A stretch of 64,000 nt of DNA from Heterodontus francisci (Eukaryota): positions 6,634,001-6,698,000 of the forward strand of contig NC_090404.1 of the NCBI RefSeq assembly GCF_036365525.1. The letters run 5' to 3'. A program made the position numbers and the translations under genes. Positions 1 to 12,759 of the stretch are shown in pieces. The notes under the pieces are model-generated. The model saw only the letters and a program-made list of their open reading frames with translations, searched no databases and had not been told where the DNA came from. Position 1 is the stretch's first letter; every line of letters begins with the position of its first letter.

Positions 1-1360
1 TTCTTTATCAGTTTCTTCTTCCTCCTTTGCTATATTCTAAAATCCTCCCAATCCTCAGGTTTACTACTATTTCTGGCAACTTTGTAGATCTTTTCTTTTC
101 ATCTTATACAATCTTTAACTTACTTCATTAGCCAGGGTTGACTGCTTTTACTTTTGCGGTTTTTGTGCCTTGAAGGAATGTATAGTTGCTGTAAACTATG
201 TAATATTTCTTTAAGGACTATCCATTGCCTATGCACTGCCATACCTTTTAATGTATTTTCCCAATACACCTCAGCCAATTTGCCCTTCATACCTTTAAAT
301 TTAACACTCTAGCTTCAGATTGAACTACCTCACTTTCAAACATAATGAAAAATTCTATCATATTATGAACACTCATCCCTTAAGATTTTTTTTTACAACA
401 AGATTATTAATTAGCCCTTTCTCATTACAAAAAACAAGATCTAAAATATCCTGTTCTCTAGTCGGTTCCTCAACATACAACTCTAGAAAAGCATCCCTAA
501 CACACTCCAAAAACTCGTCTTCCACGGCATTAGTGCTCTTTAGGTTTACCCAGTCTATATGCAGATTGAACTCACCCATGATTAATGTATTATCCATGGC
601 ACATGATTCTCTAATCTCCTGATTAATACCATGAACCACACTACCACTACTGTTTGATGGCCTATAAATAACTCCTAACAATGTTTGCTTCTCCTTGCTG
701 TTTCTTAGCTCCATCCAAACAGATTCCACATTTTGTTCTTCCTATCTGAGATCCTCCTTTACTAAGGTACAGATCATTATTACCCTTATTATCAGCGCAA
801 CACCATCTCCTTTTCCTTTTTGTCTGTCCTTCCAAAATATCGGATATTTTCAATATTCAGTCCCCAGTCTTGGTCACCCTGTAGCCACGTTTCCGTAATG
901 GCAATTAAATCATACCCAGTTACCTCTATTTGGGCCCTTAAGTCGTCTACCTTGTTGCGAATGCTGCATGCATTCAGGTAGAGTGACGTTAGCCTTGTCT
1001 TCTTAACATTATTCTGCATTCTAAGCCTAATTGATAATTGCCTTTGTTTTGCCTGCCTTCTAATGTCATTTGCTACTTTTCTACTTCCTGTTATCAGCTA
1101 TACTTCCTTCCAAATTGAACAACCGCTCAGGTTCCCATACCCCTACAGCGAATTTAATCCCTTCCCAATAGCACTAGCAGATCTCCCTGCAAGGATATTC
1201 GTTCCTGTCCTGTTAAGGTGTAGCCAGTCCATCTTGTGCAGGTCCCACCTGCCCCAGAACTGATCCCAATACCTCGGAAATCTGATGCCCTCCCTCCTAC
1301 ACCAATTCTCCAGCCATGTGTTCAATCGATCAACCCTCATATTCCTATGATCACTAGCAA
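1..1360 (-). mobile_element. Decayed CR1 LINE fragment (ORF1 esterase C-terminus plus ORF2 AP-endonuclease)
   Basis: Minus-strand ORFs: 'LNTWLENWCRREGIRF...DWLHLNRTGTNILAGR' (ORF1 SGNH-like), 'YLNACSIRNK...AITETWL' and 'GVIYRP...IMGEFN' (APE). Frameshifted; runs off the window edge. Confidence 0.9.
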
Positions 1361-2436
1361 GATGAGGGTGAAGCAGTTGATGTAGTCTACGTGGACCTCA
1401 GTAAGGCTTTTGATAAGGTCCCGCATGGGAGATTGTTCAAGAAGGTAAGAGCCCATGGGATCCAGGGAAATTTGGCAAATTGGATCAAAAATTGCCTTAG
1501 TGGCAGGAGGCAGAGGGTGATGGTCGAGGGTTGTTTCTGCGAGTGGAAGCCTGTGAGCAGTAGTGTACTGCAGGGATCGGTGCTGGGACCCTTGCTGTTT
1601 GTAGGGTACATTAATGATATAGAAGTGAATATAGCAGGTATGATCAGTAAGTTCGCGAATGACACGAAAATTGGTGGCGTCATAAATAGTGAGGAGGAAA
1701 GCCTTAGATTACAGCACGAAATAGATGGGCTAGTAAGTTGGGCGGAACAATGGCAAATGGAATTTAATCCTAAGAAGTGTGAGGTGATGCATTTTGGGAG
1801 GACTACCAAGGCAAAGGAATAAACAATGGATGGTAGGACCCTAGGAAATACAGAAGCTCAGAGGGACCTTGGTGTACTTGTCCATAGATCACTGAAGGCA
1901 GCAGCAGGGGTAGATAAGGCGGTTAGAAAGGCATATGGGATACTTGCCTTTATTAGTCGAGGCATAGAATATAAGAGCAGGGAGGTTGTGATGGAGCTGT
2001 ATAAGACGCTAGCAAAACACTATAGGAAGGATGTGATTGCACTGGAGAGGGTGCAGAGGAGATTCACCAGGATGTTGCCTGGGCTGGAGCATTTCAGCTA
2101 TGAAGAGAGACTGGATAGGCTAGGGTTGTTTTCCTTAGAGCAGAGAAGGCTGAGGGGGGACCTGATTGAGGTATACAAAATTATAAGGGGCATTGATAGA
2201 TTAGATAGGAAGAAACTTTTTACCTTAGTGAAGGGCTCAATAACCAGGGGGCATAGATTTAAGGTAAGGCGTAGGAGTATTAGAGGGGATTTGAGGAAAA
2301 AAAATCACCCAGAGGGTGGTTGGAATCCGGAACGCACTGCCTAAAGGGGTGGTAGAGGCAGGAGCCATCACAACATTTAAGAAGTATTTAGATGAGCACT
2401 TGAACCGCCATAGCATACAAGGCTACGTGGCAAGTG
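1361..2436 (+). mobile_element. Decayed CR1 LINE 3' half (RT domain)
   Basis: ORFs 1391-1822 and 1826-2344: 'DLSKAFDKVPH', 'QGSVLGPLLF', 'SKFANDTK', 'LERVQRRFTRM', separated by stops. Confidence 0.92.
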
Positions 2437-2500
2437 CCTTGCCAGCTACGCTGATATCCCATGGAAGAATAAAAAATATCAAAGGATGGTACGGTACATT

Positions 2501-2900
2501 TTAGATACAGAGTAAAGCTCCCTCTGCACTGTCCCATCAAACACTCCCAGAGCAGGCACAGTACAGGTTAAATACAGAGTAAAGGTCCATCTATGCTGTC
2601 CAATGGTCAGTTCAGTATGGTCTCGATACAGAGTAAATCTTCCGCGACACTGTCACATCAAAGACTTCCAGGGCAGGTACAGCACAGGTTAGATCTAGAG
2701 TAACTCTACTTATGCACTGTCCCATTAAACACTCTCATGTTACATGTAGAGCAATAGTCCCCTCCATCCTGTCACATCAAACTCTCCCAGGGCAGGTGCA
2801 GCACAGCTTAGACACAGAGCAAATCTCTCTCTCCACTGTCCCATTAAACATGTCAGGCTTTTGAATGAAAAAGACACATTTTAGGGTAAAGCTCCCTCTG
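2501..2900 (+). repeat. Degenerate ~67-bp tandem repeat (GATACAGAGTAAAGCTCCCTCTACACTGTCCCATCAAACACTCCCAGGGCAGGTACAGCACGGGTTA-type)
   Basis: Units start at 2504 and 2571 (67 bp apart), about 6 copies. The same unit recurs at ~23300-23700 (-), 37031-37070, 42889-43030 and 46270-46470. Confidence 0.85.
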
Positions 2901-3689
2901 TGGATTCCCAACGATTTGGTTAGACGTCGAGGAATAGAACTGAGACCGAATATTGTCAAAATATTGACTTCATATTGTGAGGTAAACGCAATGACCCATT
3001 CTTGAGAGGCAAGACATAGGTCACGATAGGGGAGAGAGTGAGGCAGCGAGGGAGAGGATACAGGAAGTCTCCACAAAAACATGTGCAATGTCACTATATC
3101 CAGCGATTAGAGATAATCTTTACTAATTTTGAACTTAGATATCATCTTTACCTTAATTGTCATATAACTGATAGAAATGTTCCAAAAATCAAATATTACT
3201 CGAATCCGTTGAGATATTTGCATTTCCCTCTTTCTTTATTTCTGTGGTCTGTTGGTGGGGAAATATTCATTGTGCTTCTACTACTCAATACTCTAACTGA
3301 GGACTTCTATTTATGTGTTTATTTGCATAAACGCCTCATTGGTTTCATTGAAGTGTTCATGGCAGTAAAGCCAGATACATAAAGTCACTTAGTGATTGCT
3401 TCCACTCAAAACAAAGGTTTAATTTCAGAATATTGACCGTTGGTACAAAACGAATTGAAACTTTTCAAACAGCGAAACAAATTGAAGACTTCAGTTCTGA
3501 AATTTCTGCTGACGAATTTACTGGAACATCTCTGAAGAGGCTGGTATTTCACTGAACGTTCATTTAATGGAATCTTTATCCTAGTTAAAGAAACAAGTTA
3601 AAGCAGCGACCAGAGGAGTGGCCTACGATCACATTAATGTCAGAGCTTGCAACATATCGCAACTTGTATTGAGAAATGCACACATCTGG

Positions 3690-4097
3690 AAAAAAAAATC
3701 ACATTTATACAGCGCCTTTCACAACCTCAGGATGTCCCAAAGCACTTTTCACTCATTGAGGTATTTGTGTTGAAGTGCAGTCACTGTTGCAATTTTGGAA
3801 ACACAGGGAGCAATTTGCACACAGCAAGCTCCCACAAACAGGGAGGTGATAAATGACAGATCACTTGTTTATCAGTGCTGCTTGATGAGGGATAAGTATT
3901 GGCCTAGGATACTGGGGAGAACACCTTGATCTTTAACATAGTGCTGGGGAGATTTCACATTCGACTTAGATGGCATTACCATCACCTCATTCGAAAGGTG
4001 GCACCGCTCATTCAGCACGGCATTACGAGCGTGGATCATGGGCTCAAGACTCTAGATGAGGACTGAACCCACGGCATTCGAACGCAGAGTCAAGAGT
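3690..4097 (-). mobile_element. Old SINE, SacSINE1/DeuSINE-like
   Basis: 'cagcgcctttcacaacctcaggatgtcccaaagcac...cacagcaagctcccacaaacag...gaaaggtggcacc' resembles the shark Deu-domain SINE as I recall it. Related fragments at ~12040-12160, 17810-17960, 44920-45040 and 50400-50520. Confidence 0.55.
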
Positions 4098-4440
4098 GGC
4101 ACAGTGGTGCAGTGGTTAGCACCGCAGCCTCACAACTCCAGCGACCCGGGTTCAATTCTGGGTGCTGCCTGTGTGAGTTTGCAAGCTCTCCCTGAGTCTG
4201 CGTGTGTTTCTCCGGGTGCTCCGGTTTCCTCCCACAGCCAAAAAGACTTGCAGGTTGACAGGTGCATTGGCTATAATAATTACCACTGCTAGTGGTAGGG
4301 GGGACAGAGGGACAGGTGAGGATGTGGTAGGAATATGGGATTCGTGTAGGAATAGTATAAATGGGTGGTTAGTGGTCGGCACAGACTCGGTGGGCTGAAG
4401 GGCCTGTTTCAGTGCTGTATCTCTAAATCTAAAATCTAAA
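4098..4440 (+). mobile_element. tRNA-derived SINE (HE1-like) with CR1-type tail
   Basis: tRNA-like head with A box (GGTGCAGTGGTTAGC) and B box (GGGTTCAATTC). 3' end 'gggctgaagggcctgtttcagtgctgtatctctaaatctaaa' is shared with CR1 3' ends. Confidence 0.85.
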
Positions 4441-4980
4441 AGTGATCCCACTGAGACAAGACCTGTAACGTATCGCAGTTTCCTATTTAGTTCAGTATAT
4501 CTGAAGTTCAGGACATGAGACTAGTCTTACACGGATCCGTTTCATTGTCAGTGGCTAATTCTCGAATTATCTCAGGATATTATTCAAACACTGTTGAAAA
4601 TGTGCACGGAATTTCCACTGGGTCCATATAAATATGTCAGTGTTTCCGGAAGGAACATCTGGAAGCACCTGAGGCAGAAGGACTCGAGTTTTACACTGCG
4701 TGAGATGCACTATCAGTGCAGCTGGGATTAAACATAGAAAATGCTGGAAATGCTCAGGATGTTAGGCAGCGTCTGTGGAGAGTAAAAGAGAGTACACGCT
4801 AGAATACCCTCCCTACACCTTTCCACCTCGTTTTTCTCCTTTAAGACACTCCTTATAACCTACATCCTGGACCAAGCATTTGGCCATCTGACCTAATATC
4901 TCCTTTTGAAACTCAGTGTCATACTTTGTTTGATAATGCTCCTGTGAAGCACCTTATATCACGTTAAAGGTGTTTTATAA

Positions 4981-5625
4981 TTGTTAGCAGTTCTAGGCAC
5001 TTTCTCAGTTTATATTAATCTGTGTCCTGTAACCATAATCACTGCACTAGGCCCTATCGCTGTTTATATTAATCTCGACCCTGTATCAGTAATCACAGCA
5101 CTAGATCCTGTCTCAGTTTGTATCAATCTAGACCCTGTATCAGTAATTTCTGCAGGAGGCCCTGGCTTAATTTATATTATTCTAGGCCCTGTATCAGTAG
5201 TCACTGCATTAGGTACTGTCTCAGTTTACATTAATCTAGACACTGCATCAGCAATTCCCGCACTAGAACCTGTCTCAGTTTATATTAATCGAGGACCTGT
5301 CTCAGTTGAATTTATTCCATGTCCTGCAGCTCCATTCGCTTCACTCGGCCCTGTGTCAGTTATGATTGCACCAGCGAGTGCCTGTGCGTATCATAAAATT
5401 GACCATTTCCATTTATGTCACTCTAGAGCATGTATCTGTTTATAATACAATCGGCCCTCGCTCACTTAATATTCATATGACCATCTATCTCTTTATATTA
5501 CACTTGGCCAGGCCCGGTCCTACTTTATATTATACTGGAACATGTCTAGATTATGACTGGGATTGGCACTACTTCTCTGTATTTTACACTCAACATTCTT
5601 CCAGTATGAGTTGCACTGGGCCCAC
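4981..5625 (+). repeat. Degenerate 27-bp-unit minisatellite
   Basis: Periodic translation VYINLDPVS / VITALDPVS (9 aa = 27 bp). ORF 4981-5445 is an artefact of the repeat. Confidence 0.8.
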
Positions 5626-5632
5626 CTTACTG

Positions 5633-8600
5633 ATTTTTTTTGTATTCGTTCCTGTGAGCTGCCTTCTTGAACTGCTGCAGTAAACGTTGGGTAGGTAAAC
5701 CTACAGTGCTGTTAAGGGAGTTCAAGGATTTTGAGCCAGTGTCAGTGAAGGAACGGCGATATAGTTCCAAGTCAGGATGGTGTGTCACTTGGAGGGAAAC
5801 TTGCAGGTGGTGGTGTTCCATTGCATCTGCTGCCTTCTAGCTGGTAGAGGTGCAGGTTTGGAAGGTGCTGTCTAAGGAGCCTTGGTGCATTGCTGCTCTG
5901 CATCTTGCAGATGGTACAAACTGTGTACCACTGTGCGTCGCTGGTGGAAGGAGTGAATGTTTGTGGATGGGGTGCCAATCAAATGGAATGCTTTGTCCTG
6001 GATGGTGTCGAGCTTCTTGAGTGTTGTTGGCACTGCACCCATCCAGGCAAGTGGAGAGTATTCCATCACACCTCTGACTTGTGCCTTGTAGATGGTGGAC
6101 AGGATTTGGGGAGTCAGGAGGTGAGTTAGTCGCAGCAGGATTCCAAGCCTCTGACCTGCTCCTATAGCCACGGTATTTATATGGCGACTCCAGCTCAGTT
6201 TCTGGTCAATGGTAACCCCCAGCATGGTGATAGTGGGGTCGTCAGCGACGTAATGCCATTGAATATCAAGGGGAAATGGTTAGATTCTCTCTTGTTGTAG
6301 ATAGTCATTGCCTGGCACTTGTGTGGCACAAATGTTTCTTGCTACTTATCAGCCCAATTATGGATATTGTTCAGTTCTTGCTACAGTTCCACATGGGCTG
6401 CTTCAGTATCTGAGGAGTCACGAATGGTGCTGAACATTGTGCAATCATCCGTGAACATCCCCACTTCTGATCTTATGATTGAAGGAAGCTCTTTGATGAA
6501 GCAGCAGAAGATGGTTGGGCCTAGGACACCACGCTAAGGAACTCCTGTAGTGATGTCCTGGAGCTAAGATGATTAACCTCCAACAACCACAACCATCGTC
6601 CTTTGCGCTAGGTATGACTCAAACCAGTGAAGTCTTTTCCTCCTGATTCTCATTGACTCCAGTTTTGTGAGGGTTCCTTGATTCCATCGTCGGTCAAATG
6701 CAGCCTTGATGTCAAGGGCAGTCATCTCACCTCACCTCTTGCGTTTGAACCAAAACTGAACGTCACTGAGCAGTTTTTTTCCGAAGCAAGTGCCACTTCA
6801 TGGTGCTGTCGACGACACCTTCTAACACTTTACTGATGATCGAGGTAGACTGATGGAGCGGTAATTCGCCGGATGGATATGTCCTGTTTTTCTGTATACA
6901 GGACATATCTGGGAAATTTTCCACATTGTTGGGTAGATGCCAGTGTTGTTGCTTTACTGGAAGCGATACGTTCTGGAGCACAGAACTCCATTACTATTTC
7001 CGGAATGTGTTCAGGGCCCAAAGCCTTTGCAATATCCAGTGCCTTCAGTCGTTTCTTGATATCACGTGGAGTGAATTGAATTGGCTGAAGTTTGGCATCT
7101 GTGATGTTGGGGACTTCAAGAGGAGGCCTAGATGAATCATCAACTCGGCACGTCTGGCTGAAGATTGTTGCAAATTCTTCAGCCTTATCTTTTGCACTGA
7201 TGTGCTGGGCTCCCCCATCATTGAGGATGGGGATATTTGTGGACCCACCCCCTCCAGGTCGTTGTTGAATTGTCCACCACTATTCACGACTGGATGCGGT
7301 AGGACTGCAGAGCTTAGATCTGATCCATTGGTTATGGGATCATATAGCTCTTTCTATCACATGTTGGTTACGCTGTTTAGCATGCAAGTAGTCCTGGTTT
7401 GCAGTTTCACTAGGTTGGTACCTCATTTTGAAGTATGTCTGGTGCTGCTTCTGGCATGCTCTTCTGCACTCTTCATTGAACCATTGGTCCCCGGGCTTGA
7501 TGGTAATGGTAGAGTGGGGGATATGCCGGGCCATGAGGTTACAGATTGTGGTTGAGAACAATTCTGCTGCTGTTGATGGCCTACAGCGCCTCATGGATCC
7601 CAGATTTGCATTGCTAGATCTGTTCAAAATCTATCCCATTTAGCACGGTGGTAGTGCCACATAATATGATGGAGGGGATCCTCAATGTGAAGATGGGACT
7701 TTGTCTCCACAAGGGCTGTGCAGTGACCACTCCTACCAATACTGGCATGGACAAACGCATTTGAGGCAGGCAGATTGGTGAGGACGAGATAAACTATATT
7801 TTTTTCCTCTTGTTTGTTCCCTCACCACCTGCCGCAGACCCAGTCCAGCAGCTTTATCCTTTTAGGGCTCGGCCAGCTCGGTCAGTAGTGGTGCTACCGA
7901 GCCACTCTTAGTGATGGCCATCGAATTCCCCCACCCAGAGTACATTCTGCACCGTTGCCACCCTCAGTGCTTCCGCCAAGTTCTGTTCAAAGTGAAGGAG
8001 TACTGATTCACCAGCTGGAGGGGGGGAGGGGGCGGTGGGGAGGGGGGCGGGGAGAGGGGGGGGGGAGGAGGGCAGTGCGGTAGATGGTAATCAGCAGGAG
8101 GTTTTCTTGCCCATATTTGACCTGATGCCATGAGTCTTGATGGGCTCTGGAGCCGATGTTGAGTCTCCCGGGGCAACTCGCTCCCGACTGTATACCACTT
8201 GTGCCGCCACCTCTGATGGGTCTGTCCTCCCAGTGGGACAGGATATACCCGGGGATGGTGATGACGATTTCTGGGACATTGTCTGTAAGGTATGATTCGC
8301 TGAGTTTGACTATGTCAGGATGTTGCTTGACTGGTCTGTGGGACAGCTCTCCCAACTTTGCACAAGCCCCCAGATGTTAGTAAGCAGGAATTTTCAGGGT
8401 CGACAGGACTGGATTTGCCATTGTCGTTTCCAGTGCCCATGTCGATGCCTAGTGGTCCGTCCAGTTTCATTCCTTATTGACTTCTTAGTCAATGCAACTT
8501 AGATACAACTGAGTGGCCTGCTAGGCCATTTCAGAGGGCTTGTATGATTCAACCACATTGCAGTTAGTCTAGAATCACATGTAGGCCAGACCAGGTAAGG

Positions 8601-8680
8601 ACAGCAGATTTTCTTCCCTAAAGGACATTAGTGAGCCATACGTACTTTCTTACAACAATCGGCAATGGTTTCATGGCACA
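5633..8680 (-). mobile_element. Near full-length decayed L2/CR1-group LINE (APE + RT)
   Basis: Minus-strand fragments 'ELSHRPVKQHPDIVKLSESYLTDNVP' (APE), 'LGVTIDQKLSWSRHINTVA...YKAQVRGVMEYSPLAW...LDTIQDKA' (RT C-terminus); many stops and frameshifts. Confidence 0.85.
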
Positions 8681-9032
8681 TTACAACATCTCATATATAT
8701 ATATAAGAAGCAGATGTTTAGTCTTTTAATAGCTATCAGTAGCTATGTATAATTTTTAATTGTTCTGGTATATGTGGGAAATATTTGTGTTGAAAGGATG
8801 AAGTGATTCTTGTAACAATTTCCTGGAGATGAACTGGGATTGAGGGACAGGCCTAAAGGTGAGTAGTAGGGCACTGCATTTTACACTTCTTAGTGACAAA
8901 CTCGGTTGTGTTAAAGTTTATTAATTCACTCTTGTATTGTCTGTGCCCATTGCTCACAGCTTTCTAATATTCAGAATATTTTTTTTTCCTGCAGGATTTT
9001 CTATTTGGCTTTCGCCTGACCCACGAATTATG

Positions 9033-9700
9033 TCATAACCCTTGACTCCGTTGCCAGAAATCTAACTGAGTCTTGAATATATTCAATGATCCAGCCTCCA
9101 CAGCTCTCTGGGGGAAATATATTCCAAAGATTAACGACCCTCTGAGAGAAGAAATTCCCCTGATTTCTGTCTTAGATGGGAAACCCCTTATTCTGAAACT
9201 GCTAGTTCGAGATTTCCCCCAAAGGGGAAACATCCTCTCAGCATCTCCTCTGTCAAGCCCCGTTAGAACCTTATATGATTCAATAAGATCGCCTGTCATT
9301 CTTCTACACTTCAAGGTGTACAGGCTCAAAATGCTCAACCTTTCCTTATAAGACAATCCTTTCATCCTCGAAATCAGCGTAGTGAACCTTCTCTGAATTG
9401 CCTCCAATGCAAGTATATCCCTCAAGTAAGAAGACCAGAATTGTACACAGGACTCTAGATGCGGCTTCTCTAATGCCCTGTACAGTTGTAGCAAGACTTC
9501 CCTACTTTTATACTGACCCTCCACCCATTTACCTTCCTGATTATTTCCTGCTCCTAAATCCTAAAATTTGTGTTTCACATACAAGGACACTCAGATCCCT
9601 CTGTATCACAACATCCTGCATTCCCTCTCCATTTAATTAACATTCTGCTTTTCTATTTTTCCCACCAAAGTGGACGACCTCACATTTCCCCACATTATCT
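9033..9700 (-). mobile_element. CR1 LINE 3' fragment
   Basis: ORF 9033-9524: 'YKSREVLLQLYRALEKPHLESCVQFWS...LEAIQRRFT'. Confidence 0.88.
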
Positions 9701-9727
9701 TGGAGAGTATGTGTATATGTGTGCGTT

Positions 9728-9728
<1 letters not shown>

Positions 9729-9803
<75 letters not shown>
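9729..9803. repeat. (GT)n microsatellite
   Basis: Perfect GT run of about 37 units. Confidence 0.98.
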
Positions 9804-9804
<1 letters not shown>

Positions 9805-10039
9805 CAGTGTCTGTGGATCAGTGACTGAGTTCCCTCTGCTCTCTGAAGCCGGGAGCTAGTAGTTTGTTCCCTTTCGTTTTATATAATTCTTTCTGTGTGT
9901 TCTTTTTTGCCGCTATTACTCAGCTTTTATCTCTCACCACCACGTGTTCTGCTTTTTTAAAGGCTCTCTCAATTTTTCTCTCCGGTTTACTGTCTGCCAT
10001 TCTGTCTTTATCTCTTACCATTTCTATGTGGATTCCAGT

Positions 10040-10430
10040 TTAAAAGAGGTGTTCAAACTCATGAGAGGTTTTTGATAGATTATTTAAGGAAAAACAGGGG
10101 TTGCCTCTTCAGAGCACAGAAGGTTAAGGGGAGATTTAATCGAGGTGTGCAAAATCAGGAAGGATTTTTGATACATTAGATAGGAAGAAACTGTCATGAG
10201 TAGCAGGAAGCTTTGTAACCTGAGGCCACAGAAATTTAAGATATTTGGCAACAGAACCAGAGAGGGAAATGAGAATTTAAAAATATATATACAGCGACTT
10301 GTTGTGATCTGGAATGCACACACTGAAAGTGTGCTGGAAGCAAATTGCGTTGTAGCTTTCAAAGGGAATTGGATAAGTAGCTGTAGGGGAGCAAATTGGC
10401 AGCGTTATGGCGATTTGGACTAATTGTCAG
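10040..10430 (+). mobile_element. Old CR1 3' fragments
   Basis: 'agaaggttaaggggagatttaatcgaggtgtgcaaaatc', 'gatctggaatgcacacactgaaagtgtgctggaagca' match the CR1 3' region seen elsewhere in the window. Confidence 0.7.
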
Positions 10431-10611
10431 CTCACTTATTTTTGTGGCAATCTGAATTTTCCCCTGGGCAGGGTTGATGTTTGATCTTTTCAGGCATAAT
10501 GCGCCTCAAACAGAATATTTTAAAGATTGGTTTCTGCAAACTGTCATATTTGGCTCTTGTGTGTCTGTGTAACTATAGAACTGCAGGCAAGTATAAGATT
10601 TCTTTCGGTTC

Positions 10612-11502
10612 TTTAGATTAGATTAGAGATACAGCACTGAAACAGGCCCTTCAGCCTACCGAGTCTGTGCCGACCATCAATCACCCATTTAAACTTTTTT
10701 GGGCCTCCTTATCTCGAGAGACAATGGATACGCGCCTGGAGGTGGTCAGTGGTTTGTGAAGCAGCGCCTGGAGTGGCTATAAAGGCCAATTCTGGAGTGA
10801 CAGGCTCTTCCACAGGTGCTGCAGAGAAATTTGTTTGTTGGGGCTGTTGCACAGTTGGCTCTCCCCTTGCGCCTCTGTCTTTTTTCCTGCCAACTACTAA
10901 GTCTCTTCGACTCGCCACAATTTAGCCCTGTCTTTATGGCTGCCCGCCAGCTCTGGCGAATGCTGGCAACTGACTCCCACGACTTGTGATCAATGTCACA
11001 CGATTTCATGTCACGTTTGCAGACGTCTTTATAACGGAGACATGGACGGCCGGTGGGTCTGATACCAGTGGCGAGCTCGCTGTACAATGTGTCTTTGGGG
11101 ATCCTGCCATCTTCCATGCGGCTCACATGGCCAAGCCATCTCAAGCGCCGCTGACTCAGTAGTGTGTATAAGCTGGGGATGTTGGCCGCTTCAAGGACTT
11201 CTGTGTTGGAGATATAGTCCTGCCACCTGACCCATTTATACTAATCCTACACTAATCCCATATTCCTACCAAACATCCCCACCTGTCTCTATATTTCCCT
11301 ACCACCTACCGATACTAATGACAATTTATAATGGCCAAAATACCTATCAACCTGTAAGTCTTTTGGCTTGTGGGAGGAAACCGGAGCACCCGGAGAAAAC
11401 CCACGCAGACACAGGGAGAACTTGCAAACTCCACCCAGAATCGAACCCGGGTCCCTGGAGCTGTGAGGCTGCAGTGCTAACCACTGCGCCACTGTGCCGC
11501 CC
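10612..11502 (-). mobile_element. HE1-like SINE interrupted by an RTE insertion
   Basis: Reverse complement of the 4098-4440 SINE, split at 10694/11230. Confidence 0.85.
10695..11229 (-). mobile_element. 5'-truncated young RTE-clade LINE (copy 1)
   Basis: ORF 'RWLGHVSRMEDGRIPK...CSTCGRACHSRIGLYSHSRRC'. TSD acccattta(a/t)ac at 10683-10694 and 11230-11241. Confidence 0.93.
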
Positions 11503-12759
11503 TGACATATGCACCATTGCCACCTCAGGTATCAGAAATCTCCGGAGGCCCACATGTCCTCATGGTCACCACCTTGCGTATAACAGCTCTTAATCAGGTG
11601 GAGTCAGTCACACGTGCCTCGGTCATGAGGTCTCCACTCCTATTTTACCACATAACTCGCTGCGTTACTCACCATAACACAGAAGCCTATACTAGGCCCA
11701 AAATGTAATTGCTTCTCTGCATCATGTCTTTCTTTTACAACTGAATGTTTATTAGACCCCCTGTCTCCCTCAGTGTTTTACCTGCAGTAAAAGCGACCTC
11801 TTCTATTGGTACACTGGAGCCTGCCTCTGTGATTAATGTTATACTTGGTCTCAGTCTGCCCTGGGCTCTGCTGTCACAACTCCCTTCTCAAATCCCAGGG
11901 AAGAGGTTTCTGTTTTAGTATTGGGTGGGCACGTTAAACTTTCAACCTTCGCTGGATGGAGAAATTGTCCAGAATTGTCCATCTGTCATTCTCCTCACTC
12001 TTTCTGAGTCTAAGAAAATAGTGGGCTAAAGAACAGAAAGGATTCCATTTATACTGGCATTAGGAGCATCAGCTTAGATTATGTGGTCGAGACTCTGGAG
12101 TGGGGCTTAAGCCCGCAAACGTCTGAGTCAGGGGTGAGAGTGTCACCAATTAGTGAATGCTGACATGATCGGTTCCCAGTTGCCATTGCAGTATCCCGTG
12201 CCCGTGTTATTACACTAACTTCCATCCAATTCATAGTGCAGTACTCCTTGACTCTGTTATTAGTCATTAGGCAAAACATTTGTTGTTATATTAATAGGCC
12301 CTGACTCGCACACACTATTAGATGAGACTCAAAATTTGGTTTGGGTGCTCTAGATACTGACTGTTATCATCACCCTGCATGCTGCATCTGACAGTATTGA
12401 ATGAAACACTGTCAAAGTAAGCCACGATTTGCTGTTAGTGCTCTGAATTCTGTTTCACTCTTGTATTGTATTGGACCCTGTCTCTGTCATTGTTGCATTT
12501 AGATCCTGCCACTGTCATTGTTAGAAAATAACCTACCTGCTATTCCAATTCCAGTGCTCGCCTCCATTATTGTTACTGAAAAAATTGTCCCTGTCAGTTT
12601 TAAATTGGAACCTGTTTCTGAGATTGTTAAAGTTGACCCTGCTTCTGTTAGTGTTACACTATGACCACTTTCAGATATTATTGTACAAAGTATTGTTTCA
12701 AATATTTTACATAAAAACTTGTTTCTTGCAGTTTCACCTTAGGTTCTCATTCTGTTATA

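Noticed and set aside
1-2436. Back-to-back CR1 halves as a twin-priming 5' inversion
   Set aside because: The halves look like different CR1 subfamilies and the left boundary is outside the window, so no TSD can be tested.
4098-4165. tRNA gene
   Set aside because: It is the tRNA-derived head of a SINE with a LINE-type tail.
4650-4715. 'HLRQKDSSF..CVR'-like V FR3 remnant
   Set aside because: Requires several frameshifts; no RSS or upstream V motifs.
4981-5445. 154-aa and similar hydrophobic repetitive ORFs (also 54671-55084)
   Set aside because: Translations of the 27-bp minisatellite.
11660-11725. Minus-strand leader-like exon ending in GTGAGT
   Set aside because: Internal stop, wrong phase, and no V exon downstream.
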